From Stegostoma tigrinum (Eukaryota), in contig NC_081373.1 in assembly GCF_030684315.1 (NCBI RefSeq), forward strand, positions 44,561,173 to 44,625,172: a stretch of 64,000 bases of DNA, in the 5' to 3' direction. Numbering within the stretch: the stretch's first letter is position 1; every line of letters begins with the position of its first letter. The notes below the pieces were generated by a model. The model saw only the letters and a list, made by a program, of their open reading frames with translations, was not told where the DNA came from and did not search any database. Positions 39,501 to 51,649 of this stretch are shown piece by piece. A program made the translations under genes and the position numbers.

Positions 39501-40139
39501 GATTGAGCAATTGTAAAAGCAGCCTTGTTTTTATGTCTTGTGTAATGTTGCTGAATAATAATTACCATTTAACAATTTATATTCACCAGACTGAAAATAA
39601 ACTAATTGCTTTTCTGCTATTTCATTTGCTGAATGTTTTAATTTATTAGGCAATTAATATGATTGTAATTGAATTCTTTGTTCTCTTATAAGAAATTATA
39701 GCCAAAAATGTAATTTGAAAGAGGTTTAGAAATTAATGATAAGATAATTAAAAGGTTGGGTAATACATCTTTTGATAGATACCACCAGTTTGACAGATTA
39801 AAGACTATTGGGGGGACATAAGGTTCCATTATTTAAGGTAATGACTCACAGACTTGATGGACCAACTGGTCTCTTTCTGCCTGTCATTCTCATATGTTTG
39901 CATTTTCTGAGTGTATTTTTCAGTAAATGTCCTCTGGCTATTCAACCCCAGTCCTGTCCCCATCCAGCTACTGCATGCCACAGCAATTGGGAGTGAGAGA
40001 TCAGACTGTTACTTTCCTTCTTAACTCTGAATCCAGCACCCTGCCATGATACTTCAGCAGACTTTGGGTAACTCAGCACTTACACAGATCATTCCTATTA
40101 CAGTCATGGGGGTTTAACTCATAGCATTAGGCTGTTTTC

Positions 40140-42420
40140 TGGATAAATATGCAGGGAACAAAATCTGAAAATCCCAGAAACTGGGTGTGGGAACTGCTTA
40201 ACCTACACAGGCAAATTGAAACAATTGAAATCCTGGCAATGCATTCAGATCTTGCTAAGCTCTTCAGGTTTCAGCAAAGGGACCAAAATTAGAAATTCCT
40301 AGTGCCACCAAAAGCTTGTCTGTACCTCTCCAAAAGGAAATTGCATTGTTGCTAAGATTGTGGCAGTCATGTAGGAAATGAATCTGAACTGGAAACTATA
40401 GAAGCATAACATCATTTGGGGGCAGCTAGGCTCCTATAGCTTTGGAGATTGGACGAGAGAAGGAATTTGCATCCTGAATCTATTCGGGTCGGGTGCAGGG
40501 GATGCAGGAGACCCTCTAGCCATGCAATGAGAAGGCAGTAGAAGCAGATAACTGTGGAGCTCAGTGTCAGAAGTCAAGTGGACCTGAACACACTGTATGA
40601 TGAAGTTCAAATACCTCACACTAGTGGTCAAGGTCAATGAATTGATCTTCAAATTCCATATTTTGACTAACTAGTCTCATTCACTACTCCATTCTCCAAA
40701 CCCCATCACCGATCTCACACCTACATTTCAAAGCTTGTGCACATTGCCAGCTAGACAACCAAGATAATCATATTCAAGAAACATTTTGCTCTAACTCACC
40801 TGACACACCTCCTGCTCTCTTGCAGGATAAGATTCTGCAAAAGTCGAGGCAGCAGCATCTGTCTAGTGACACAAACTGACCTGAGGAGTTTGGTGCATCT
40901 GCATATCCTAACCAACATGTAGGAGGCCATTACTAGAGTGGTATTGCTGAGGGTATGCAAACAGCAGCACTGTAACCATAAATAGAGAGATGGGTATGCA
41001 CTGTGACATTGCCAGAAAGCCTTTGGTCAAGGGTGGTCATTTACTTGCCACAGGTCTTTACATAGAACTGGAAGCCTGTCTTTTTGAATATAGAACTAGC
41101 ATATTTATGGATCTAATCATAATGGCCAATGTCCCAACTTTCATTGCAGTACAAGCAACAGCTTAACATAGAACATAGAAAAGCACAGCACAGGAACAGG
41201 CCCTTCAGCCAACCATGTCTATATCGACCATGATGCCATTCTAAACTAATCATATCTGCCTACTCCACAAGCTATCCAGTATTTGCCTCTGCAGTAGATA
41301 TTCAGACTGCTACCATCATGGCTCTGGTTTATAAGTTCAAGGGGCCTACAGGCTCTCAAAGAAGCGTAGCATTCTGTCCTCCAGTTACCAGGACTGAGGA
41401 GATGCCACCCTGAGACAATGGCTTTAAGGAGTATGAACCTGCTGTCCTGACTCAGTAACTCCAATAGGCTTCCAAACCCTGCCACATTGCCATGTGGATG
41501 CTAGATAACAAGGTCTGGAGCTGGATGAACACTGCAGGTCTAGCAGCATCTTAGGAGCAGGAAAGCTGATGTTTCAGGCCTAGACCCTACTGATGCTGAG
41601 ATGGTGCGGCCTGCAGCTTTCCATGGCCTGGTGCTGCATAAGTCATGCTCTAAGACCATCTACCGTTTCCTCCAATGCAAGCTGGCATCCTTCCACCAGC
41701 CATTGGGGGCACCACTCTGCAGGAACATTAGCATAGGCAGCACAAACGGGCACCAATGGGAAATGTGAAGAGTGAGTAGTCTATGGTGATATGCAATGTG
41801 GAATGATTTAATTTATCACATTAAATTGGAATGGTGTTCAGTAGTTTGCTTTTGTTTTATTCATTGTTAGCAAAATGTGTTTGTCCGTGGCCAAGGGAAG
41901 GAAGCTGGTGAGCTGTTGTTTTACGTGGAATCAGGGTTGCAGTTACTGGTATCATAATCAAATTAGGTCTTCATAGACAGCAAGTGCAGGAAGGAAGGTT
42001 ACATTCTTACTTGCTCCTCTTCCTTTTTGTCTCCTCCTCCTCCCCCTCATACTCTTTCCCTTCCTTCTGCTTCTCTTCTTCAGCTGCTTCCCAGCTGTCT
42101 CCTTACGATTATGTAGATTGTCGTATGCCACTATGCTGCTCTGCAAAGTGCCATAGATCTCTTCCTGAGGGTTCCAGTATTTACATAGGCTGGTTCAGGT
42201 TTAGTGAAATCCCTTTCAGACATAATTTGAGGGCAGAGTTGACATGTGGTGCCAATAACCTAATGCCTGTGTGGTCAGTGGCATCCAAAGTCATGGGAAG
42301 TCCTATAATCCTAAAGTAGCAGCATGCTTGTGTTGCCTGTGAACAGACAATGAAAGGTAGTTAATTCTCATTTAAATTGAGAGTCTCAGCGAATTTCATT
42401 ATGCAACAAACTGTAAGATG
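40140..42420. mobile_element. PIF/Harbinger transposon remnant (Myb/SANT-like gene on +, transposase end on -)
   Basis: About 40530-40640 (+) translates with a frameshift as RRQ*KQITVELSVRS..THCMMKFKYLTLVVKV, resembling the W..IA..V....QCRKKF.DL trihelix. 41958-42146 (-) SIVAYDNLHN..low-complexity..VYEDLI resembles the HARBI1-type IVACCVLHN C-terminus. Confidence 0.55.
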
Positions 42421-42447
42421 TTGCAAATGACTCCAGCTGGGGGATAT

Positions 42448-43460
42448 TGTAATGAAAGGTTTTTGATTATAAAGTTGATAGAGCTTAGACTCCAAACTGT
42501 TGGCATACAAGTTACTTTTGTGGACACTTGGATTAAAAAAAAAGTCAATCAGTTAGTCTTTCTAGAACATAGATAATAAAATGTGAGGCTGGATGAACAC
42601 AGCAGGCCCAGCAGCATCTCAGGAGCACAAAAGCTGACGTTTCGGGCCTAGACCCTTCATCATTCATTGTGCTCCTGAGATGCTGCTGGGCCTGCTGTGT
42701 TCATCCAGCCTCACATTTTATTATCTTGGATTCTCCAGCATCTGCAGTTCCCATTATCACTGATACAGTCTTTCTAGAGCCATCAGCTAATCCTCTCTGT
42801 GTGAGAGAGCAGGAAAACCAAACAATATTTTTGGAAGATGGTTTGCACTGCGCCGGGCTTATGACTGAGAGTGCAAGCACTGAGTGCTATCAGCTTGTTT
42901 GCAATTAGGATAATCAGGTAAGCCTGAGAAATCCAGAAGTTGGAAGCTGTTAAGCAGTTTTTAGAGGAGATATAACTGATGTCAGAAAAGAAAGGAGCAT
43001 GGAACAATTCAGAGTATAAATTATCTTAGTGGAAAGCTAGTTTGAGTAACTTCAGATCAACTTGCTTAGAAATCTGCAGATTACTGAACGCTTAGGACAC
43101 CTGAACTTTCAGTTTTGCAAGTGTTGATATGAGAGGACTTACAGTTCACAGGAAAAGATTGGGAAGAATCAACTGGTCAAACTTAATGATTTGAGATAGA
43201 TGTGCAATTGCTCTGAATGTGATGCTGCAAAGTGATGGGGATGGAGAACAGATGAAAACTTTGCTTCACTGTCCATTTTAAGATCAATAAAACAGTTGAA
43301 TTTATTTTATCTTTTTGTGTTTCCGTGCATGTAATAAATTTATGTTTCATTGTTAAAGAAATTCCGCAGCCTACTGTGCTCATGTTTCAGTGAGTGGCCA
43401 CCATGCTAAATATAAACCATACGGTCTACGAAGCCAGGTCTCTTTCTGGGTTCTGTGCTC
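42448..43460 (+). mobile_element. Possible LTR remnant
   Basis: Starts TGTAATGA and contains AATAAA motifs. The end (gtctacgaagccagg..ctggg.tctg) resembles 570-630. Confidence 0.35.
42567..42766. mobile_element. Young palindromic Penelope-derived mini-element
   Basis: Inverted arms 42571-42630 / 42667-42726 match essentially perfectly. 12-bp TSD agtctttctaga at 42555-42566 and 42767-42778. Confidence 0.9.
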
Positions 43461-44440
43461 TAATTCCTGGATCTCTTTCTCCTAGGCATGGCTCATCCTT
43501 CCAAGTACCTGATCCTCAGTGTGGGCATCATTGTCTTGGTTGAAATTCTCACACAATTTCTTTGCCACCTTGGTGTCATGTGAAACAAGGGTTCAGGTCC
43601 AGTTGGCCCTTCGGGGTGCTCTTAGTTCGCTTTGTCCATGCCACCAAAGACTCCTGACAATAGTGTTCACAGGTTCCTGGCAAATGCAGTTAGGTGCTGG
43701 AGCTGCTGTTCTGACCATTTGAGGCTGCAGGGATTCAGGTTTTATGGAAAAGGCAAGTCGGGGGAGGTCCCCATACTCAGGGCAGCATAACTATTCACAT
43801 CCTCATCTGCATCCTCTCAATCTCTGGTGCGGGTACTTCCCCTGGGACTCTCACAGTGTCGAAGGTGCACACTTTGTCCTTGTGCAGCAACAGTAATTAT
43901 TTCAGTCTGTCAGTCCCGCTCTGTCACTTTGGGTAGTCAGCAGAGTGAGCTTTATTTTCTTTAGCTACTCGGTGCAGGAGCCTGATCAATATTTGCAGAT
44001 CTACCCTCTGTTCTGCCAGGTCAGTCATGTTTCTCTGGGCAGCATTGTGACCCCTGACTGCGTGTTGTTCCTGCTAGTAGACATTATCAAACTTGGGCCT
44101 GAAACTGCCCTGTGTGTGGTCAGTCTGCTTGGCTGAAGTACTTCAGAAGCTTTAAATTCATTCTTCCCAGTTTTAACCTTGTGCTCTCTCACGTCTCATT
44201 AAGTTTTAGGATCTCTGTCTCTCTCTGTCCCTCAACTTCTTCTCAGTTACTTTTTGGTAGGTCTGATTTACTGGAGTATCCTTTCCAGCACTTCTTACTG
44301 GGACCACCCAGGGACTCCAACATTGTAAAGTGAAAGAAAGGAGTAAATGTATACTGACTAACCTTGACCAGTCATCGGTTTAGGCTACCCCTCACATTCC
44401 GGGCTGGTTCTGGGCTGAATCCGTGCTCCAATGGAGAGAG

Positions 44441-44730
44441 ATCTGTTAAGCCACTGGAGAAGAATCTGCTCAAACACAGGAGGTCTGTTCACCCACTGGA
44501 TGGGGATCGGCTCACCCACTGAAGGGGGATATGCTCACCCACTGAAGGGGGACATGCTCACCCACTGGAGGGGGATATGCCCACCCACTGAAGGGGGACA
44601 TGCTCACCCACTGGAGGGGGATATGCTCACCCACTGGAGGGGGATCTATTCAGCCACTGGAGGGGGATCTGCGTGCACTGGTGAAGGATCCACACACCCT
44701 TGAAGGGGTTAGTGCATCCACTGGTGCTGC
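44441..44730. repeat. 23-bp minisatellite, about 12 units, degenerate at the edges
   Basis: Unit ctcacccactg(g/a)agggggatatg, with period 23 seen at 44511, 44534 and 44557. Confidence 0.92.
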
Positions 44731-45469
44731 CTGCAATACTACAGGAATCCAAATAGTCTCTGCTCTTTCTGCCACCTTCCTGTGTGAAGTCATCCCACTA
44801 TTACAAACTAACATTTTTAAAAGTAATCTTTTTATTCTTCTCCTTCTCACTACTTACCATGTATCTCTCTAGGAGATGTTCAACGTGTGCCCAATTGCCT
44901 TTTCCTCACTCTGGGGCAACGGCTCAACTCTACAAATATTGGTCTATGACCTGAGACTTGCTGTGTGGAAAGTAATTGCTGTGAACCCCTATCTGACCTG
45001 ACCAGGGTGACACATGTTGGTAACCTGACAGTGTAATTCTCCTGTGAGTGACCAGCCAGTTTTCAATTGAGGGTCACTCTCTTTGCAATAGTCTGAATCC
45101 GACTCCCCACAAACAATGGAGGTTACTGGTAGAAATGAATGAAACTGTGATCCAAGGCAATCTATGATCCATAAATATTGATGCCTGCCGCATCAGGCTG
45201 GTGGTAATAAATAGGAATGTGAATTAATGTAAATGAATGGGGCACTTAACTGCTGTACATTAAATACCTCTGAAATAAGTGAGTCACAAGCAGAGAAAGC
45301 AGCTTTCCTTCACAAATCACATCTACTAATTTCCAGCAACACTTCTGTTCCACACTTAATGCTACTTTGTTTAAATATTAAAGCAAACGGTGCAATTAAT
45401 TTTGGGTTTTAGTGCTGGTAATTGTGGTCTCTGTTTATTGCAATGGTACGGAATAATATATCATAGTAT

Positions 45470-45750
45470 AAGGGTTGCCATGGTGATAGGTGGGTTGCAC
45501 GCAGATGCCAATACCATGCGGGTGCTCGATTGCTACGTTGTGCGCTTGGCAGCATAAGGGTGCTTTTTTGGGCTACTGATGTCACAGGAAGCCGTTATTC
45601 GGTGTGCGTTGCTATGGTTACAGTTGGCACTCACTACCCCCGAGTACTACGTTACAGTCGTGCAAATGTTTTCCAAATGCCAGCAGCTCGTGGGCATTAT
45701 CATTTGCATTATCATTTCTTATGCATTGTGTCCAACTCATTGCATGTTTT
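45470..45750. promoter_or_regulatory. Candidate enhancer with two RFX X-boxes
   Basis: GTTGCCATGGTGAT at 45474-45487, GTTGCTATGGTTAC at 45608-45621, TGATGTCA next to AGGAAG, octamer ATTTGCAT at 45702-45709, and locally retained CpGs. Confidence 0.45.
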
Positions 45751-46119
45751 GTGTATCTGTGAAATTATAGATGTTCATCACGTGGTGTTTTCAGTTGAAG
45801 TGAAAGGGTTTGCAATTGTGAGTGGTGTCAATTCTGCAATTCTGTAATCTGTAGGAAAGACATGAAAAGTCAACACTGATAACAGGGAAATACTTACAAA
45901 TGAATCACCTCAGTCACCCAACAATCCATGGCAATAGTTTGTCAGTGAAGAGGGCAGCAGGGCATATAATAGTGGGGAAGCGAGACTTGGAGGTTAATTT
46001 TATCATCATTGTATCAAATGCGGACACAACAATGGGAAATTTCGCTCTTATGCAATTCTTAAAGACCTATAAACTAATTGTTCTGCACTGACTGTTTAAA
46101 TGAACATCACGGCTTAGTG

Positions 46120-46888
46120 CCATTCACCTGTCTTTTCCCTGTAGCCCTGCACATTGTTTCGATTCAAATAATCACCCAATACCTTTCTGAATACCTCAAT
46201 TGAACCTGCCTCCACCATACTTCCTGGCAGTGCACTTCAGACCCAAATTTCTTTCGCATATCATTTTAAATCTGTGCAACCTTGTTCTTGATTCTTTTAC
46301 AATTCTCCGTAGCCCCATCATGGTTTTGAAAATCTGTCAGATTTCATCCCAGCCTTCTTCTCTCCAAGGAGCACAATCCCAAACGTCTCCAATCAATCCT
46401 TGTAACTAAAGTTCCTCATTCCTGGAACCATTCTTGCAAATATCTACTGCACTCTTTCCAATTCTTTAAATCCTTTCCATAGTGTGGAGCCCAGAATGGT
46501 ACACTATACTGCAGCTGAGATCTAGTAATTGTCTTCTTCTACAAGTTCAGTATCAACTCATTGCTGTTGTACTCCATGCCCGATTAATAAAGCTGAGGAC
46601 ATTGTATGCTTCATTAACTGCTCCCTCCACTTGTCCTGTCACCTTCAACAATCTGTGCACATATACATACGGGCCCCTCTGCTCCTGTGCTGCCTCTAGA
46701 ATTGTACCCCCTGTCTTTCAATGTTCTTCCTACCAAATGCATCTCCTCACACTTCGCTGCATAAAATTTCATCTGCTGCCTCTCTGTCCACTCCAACTCA
46801 TCAATGTCCTTTTGTAGTCCACATTGTTCTCCTCACAGTTCACAATCTTGCAAGTTTTATATTAGCCACAAACTTTGAAATTGTCCAT
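46120..46888 (-). mobile_element. Old CR1 fragment
   Basis: EWTERQQMKFYAAKCEEMHL on the minus strand. Confidence 0.8.
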
Positions 46889-46889
46889 T

Positions 46890-48560
46890 AAGGGCAAAAG
46901 ACCAACTAGGGAGAAATAGGGCTCCTTAAAGGTCAATGAGGTTGTCTAGGTGTGGAAGCTCAGATGTTGGGAGATATACCAAACAAATATTTCACATCAG
47001 TTTTTACAGTGGAGAAAGAAATGGAGGTTAGGAACCTCAGGGAAATAAATATTAATATCTTGAGAACAATGCACAATTCAGAAGAGGAGGTGCTGGAGGT
47101 CCTTAAAAAATATAAAGACAGATAAAACTCCAGACTTGATCAAGTATACGCCAGGGTATACTGGGGAGTTTGGGAAGAAATTGCCCGAGCAGAAACATTA
47201 GTATCATCTACCGCCATGGGTCAGGTGCTGGAAGACTGGAGGGTGACTAATGTTTATTTAAAGAAAGGCTGTAAGGAGAAGCCTGGGGCTATAGACCAAT
47301 GAGTCTGACATTGGTGATTGGTAAGTTGCTGGAGAAGATTCCAAGAGATAGAATTTACACACATATGGAGAAGCAAGGAATGATTTGGAATAGTCAGCAT
47401 GGCTTTGTGTGTGGAAAATTGTGTTTCAAAATGTGACTGTTTTTTGAGGACATAGTCAAAAAGATTGATGAGGGCAGAGCAACACACATTGTCTACATGG
47501 ACTTCAGTAAAGCCTTTGGCAAGATTCCGCATGGTGGACTAATTCATTAAGTTAATCAAATGGGATACAGGGTGAGCTTGCTCATTGTATACAAATTTGT
47601 TTTGATGGTAGGAGACAGAGGATGCTGGCAGAGGATTGATGGTATATATTGACAGTGAAGAAAGTTATCTAAGGTTACAAAGGGACCTTGATCAATTGGG
47701 CCAATGAACTGAGGAGTGGCAGATGGAATTTAGTTTGGATAAATGTGAAGTATTGCATTTTAGTAAAACAAACAAAGACAGGATTTAGATGTAACACAGT
47801 GTGGAGCTGGAGGAACACAGCAGGCCAGGCAACATCAGAGGACTGAAAAAGCAGGGCCCTGGGTAGTGTTGTCAAATAGAGAAACCCAAAGATTCAGCTA
47901 CATAATTCTTTGAAATGTGCCTCATAAGTAGTCAGGGTGATTAAGAAGGCAGGAAGTATGCTTGTCTTCGTTGCTCAGACCTTTGGGTATAGGACTAGGG
48001 ACGTCATGTTGAGGTTGTACAGGATGCTGGCGAGGCTCGATTTGGTGTGTACAGATCTGGTTGCTGTGCTATAGAAAGGATATCATTAAATTAGAGACAG
48101 TTCAGAAAAGACTTACCAGAATGTTAGCGGGGTTGGAGGGTTTGAGTTATGAGGATAGGCTGGGACTATTTTCCACTGGAGCACAGGAGGTTGTGGGGTG
48201 ATGTAGAGGTTTATGAAATCATGAGGGACATACATAAGGTGAATAGCAAAGGGTCAGGGAGTTCAAAACTAGGAGGCATATTTTTAAGATGAGAGGAGAA
48301 ATATTTAATCGAGGCGTGGGGGCAACTTTTTTTATACAGAATGTGGCTTGTATATGGAATGAGCTGCCAGAGGAAGTGGTAGAGACTGGTACAATTACAA
48401 CATTTAAAAGACATTAGGACAGGTACATGAATAAGAAAGGTTTAGAGGGATATGGGCCAAACACAGGCAAGTGGGAATAGTTTATTTTGGAGAACTTGGT
48501 CCACATGGATGAGTTGGATTGAAGGGTCTGTTTCCATGCTGTATGATTGTATGACTCTCT
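46890..48560 (+). mobile_element. CR1 fragment with internal deletions and a nested Penelope pLTR piece (about 47790-47850)
   Basis: YRPMSLT, SQHGFV, VYMDFSKAF, WQMEFSLDKCEVLHF and a tail (tgtatga)n. Confidence 0.9.
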
Positions 48561-48619
48561 GACTTTGTATTCTCTGCACTCCAAGGTCCAGATCATAAAT
48601 ATGCGTCACGAAAAGCAAA

Positions 48620-49050
48620 AGCCCTGTTAGATCCTCTCGTTTTCAATGCGAGTCTGAAACCAGTGGTCGGTTCAGGCAACCGTTATTGTGACACACACAT
48701 CAGTTACAGCTTCAGATCTTTATAGCAAAAAAACACGCAAGAAGTTTCTAAGTAGCTTTGTTTATGCAGCTCGAGCTCATATCGCAACCTCCCCCCAATC
48801 CCTGCACACCCCCCGCAACACTTCCCACATGCTATTGGTCAGCAGGGCTGAGTCATCCAACTCTGATTGAATCTTTGGTACAGCATTTTGGGTCAGCAAT
48901 TTGCCTCAGCAATTTACTTGCTATCCTGTCCTGATTGGACCGTTTTGTCCGTACACAGTTAATCTGTTGATAATAACCTTTCATCCTTAACCCGAAGTAA
49001 ATACTGCCGTATTCAACAATTTTAATGTGTTCCCTATCACCACCTTTAAC
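48620..49050 (-). promoter_or_regulatory. Pol II promoter-like module, or a solo LTR
   Basis: Minus-strand TATAAA at about 48719-48724. CCAAT boxes at about 48795, 48834 and 48934. CACACCC, GCTGAGTCA (AP-1/MARE) and repeated TCAGCA half-sites. Elevated CpG. Confidence 0.4.
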
Positions 49051-50049
49051 ATTTACAAACCAACCACATTCATTTACTATTAAGCTAATCACAATCACTG
49101 CATGGCTACAGATGGACAGGTTGTGGACAAACCCCCAGTCCTTCATGGTTCCATGATGTTTCCCAAACTCTCTTATCTCCCTTCTTCGGGCTTTCCACAA
49201 TGGGCACTGCATTCAACTTTACTCCTTCTCAAGCATTTGCCAGCTGAACAGTGTTAAATGCCAATTATTTGGATACTTGCCTATCACTTAAGGACCTTTT
49301 AAATTCATTTCTACCTGTAATGATATGGAGACTGCTTTTACCGTCTGAGGCTGGTTTGCTCTCATAATTTTATTTGAATCTTTTCCTCTAATGCTTTTAA
49401 TGTTTATTTTTGTATGCATAACTACTTCAGAATCTCTATCGATGAATATTTGAAGGATCTTAACTAAAACCTACTATTAATATTGAAACAATTCAAGAGA
49501 GATTCACTAACAAAATGTGGCATGAAATGCTTTTGTCTAAATCTTATGTGTAAATACCTGCAGCTGTATATTCTATCTCAGTTCTGTTCCCTTGATTCTA
49601 GAGACCAACTATTGTTCTACTTGTGAAGACTACATTAAGCAAATATTTTCCCAAGGTCTCCAACTACTGTCCGCCATGTTCTGCTGCATTAGCCATGGGC
49701 AGCCATTGGCCATTTTGTGTTGTTCGGTCATAGGCAGCCCTAATAAGACCCAATACTAACCTCTGGAAACATTCCACCAGCTCGAAATATATCCATTTGC
49801 CATTGCTATCTGTTTCCTATCACTCAGCCAATTTGTACCTGCTGTGTCGTCCTGGGAATTCTGTATTTCTTTGTCCTACCTTCCCGTTTTCAGGGAATAT
49901 CCCTTGATAATACCTGAATCATCTCCTCCTTGAAAGTAGCTCACTGGTTATAAGAACATACACCCCAGAGTGCCACATTCACTGTTTTACTACAGTCAGG
50001 TACAGAGCAACAATGGTTTAAGTCCTCAAAGCATAGCAATGATTGTGGG

Positions 50050-51540
50050 ATTGTCATTGCATTTGTAAATTCCCTTCACCACCTTCTGAGAGAACTGCTG
50101 CGTGCACTATGCAACTCTGTTGGAAAGGAATATAATTGGAGGGGAGATGGGACATTCCATTGTTGGGTGGTTGGTGTGGATTAATCAGGTAGGGATGGGT
50201 TGGGTCGGAATAGTAAGGGGTGGTCAGGTAGTCAGAGGTGTGGTTAGGAACTCCTCCTCCTGGAGGACGGATAGAGGAGGCCAAGATACCAAAACCTGCC
50301 AGACTGGTCTGAGATACCACGCCACCCAATGTAATCAGGTGAATCATCCAGCTTTGTAGAAAGAGCTCCTTCAATCTGCCAGGTTAAAGCTCACCATTTT
50401 CTCACTGCTTCATCACATTCACTCTGTCTCTACTACACACCTCCCACCACAGCCTACAGCTCTCATTATTGCCTGCAAAATCTTCCCTCAATCACTCTCA
50501 CCCACTCAATGCCTAATCCTGCATGTCCTTGGTGTCACCTACCCATTCATTTGGGATACTTCAGCACCTTTCTCCCATGTGCGCTAGTTTCACCATCCAG
50601 TTTCTTCTCAATTATTTCCTCCCTTTCCTTGCTTCCAGGAGAGGATGGCCCTGGATCGGGCTGAAGGTGCTCAGATGGGTGTCTGACATTTGGTCCTCAT
50701 CCATGATGAGGAAAGGATCCTGACCAGCCTGACTGGCTGAATGATTGTGCCCAAGTCCCTGGATTGATCTCACAGGCTGCCCTTGGGTTACTGCGCTAGG
50801 GGCCCCTGCCTGAATATCCTTGACATACTCTGGTCTAATCCCCTTAGACTTTGAGACATGACCATTTGGTTGAAGCCCATGCACTGTGTTTGCCACATAA
50901 TCTGCTGGCACTTGGTGTCAGTGGGTGATTGGCACAACATGGTACCCTACAACAATCTGTCCACCCTTTTGATTGATCTCTAATAGCAACCAGGACTAGC
51001 TTCCTGTCTGCACTAAAAGGCAAATTAAAATAGAAGTATTCAGAGGCTTTAAGGCCTGACTGAGGGGGAAAGGCAAGAGATGCTGTGAGCTCTAAGAAAG
51101 CAGTGAGCCCTAAGTTGCAGCCAAGTCCAATCCATGATCTTGGTATCTGTTCCTGCACTCAAACTGTCCTTGCAGCAGCTTTCAAATGACAGTAGCTGGT
51201 GTGCTTAATGTGCAAGTTTACCGTAGGTGGGTTAGTGATAAACTGTAATGATGTAGAGAGACTGGCAGGCGTCAGATGCTGACATTCCTGCTCTGAGATG
51301 TTGGTGCTTGATACCATTGAAGGAACTTTGGATAACCAAAAGGCAAGCTAAAGGCGCTCACGAACCTGCTGTGACCTTCCTGATGGGAAACTCTCAACAT
51401 TTAGTTTCTGTCTGACAGGTAGCAGGATAGGACATATTAATGAAGTGAGATTCAGTAATAATGAGCATTAAAGACCTCTTGCCATTCAGTAGTGAGAATT
51501 TTATCTTGATGTCTAGCACTTAGTTGGAAAATGCAGCTTG
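50050..51540. mobile_element. Probable second Harbinger-type remnant
   Basis: Degenerate trihelix-like coding trace at about 50290-50385 (PDWSEI..CRK..LLQSAR). Terminal-like ggaaaatgcagc at about 51535. Confidence 0.35.
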
Positions 51541-51649
51541 TTGCTCTCGCCAATGAGAAAGGCCTTATTTACCCTTTCACATGATTCCACCAAATTTCCC
51601 ACCATAGCCCATGACAATCAAAGCTTGGGAAACTTTAGTCCTTTGTACC

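Noticed and set aside
44431-44872. Repetitive ORFs or a CRISPR-like array
   Set aside because: Units are directly tandem with no unique spacers, and the context is eukaryotic. It is a minisatellite.
45849-45897. Minus-strand GTAAGT...TTTCCTACAG with strong splice signals
   Set aside because: 49 nt is below the usual vertebrate intron minimum, and all three downstream frames close quickly.
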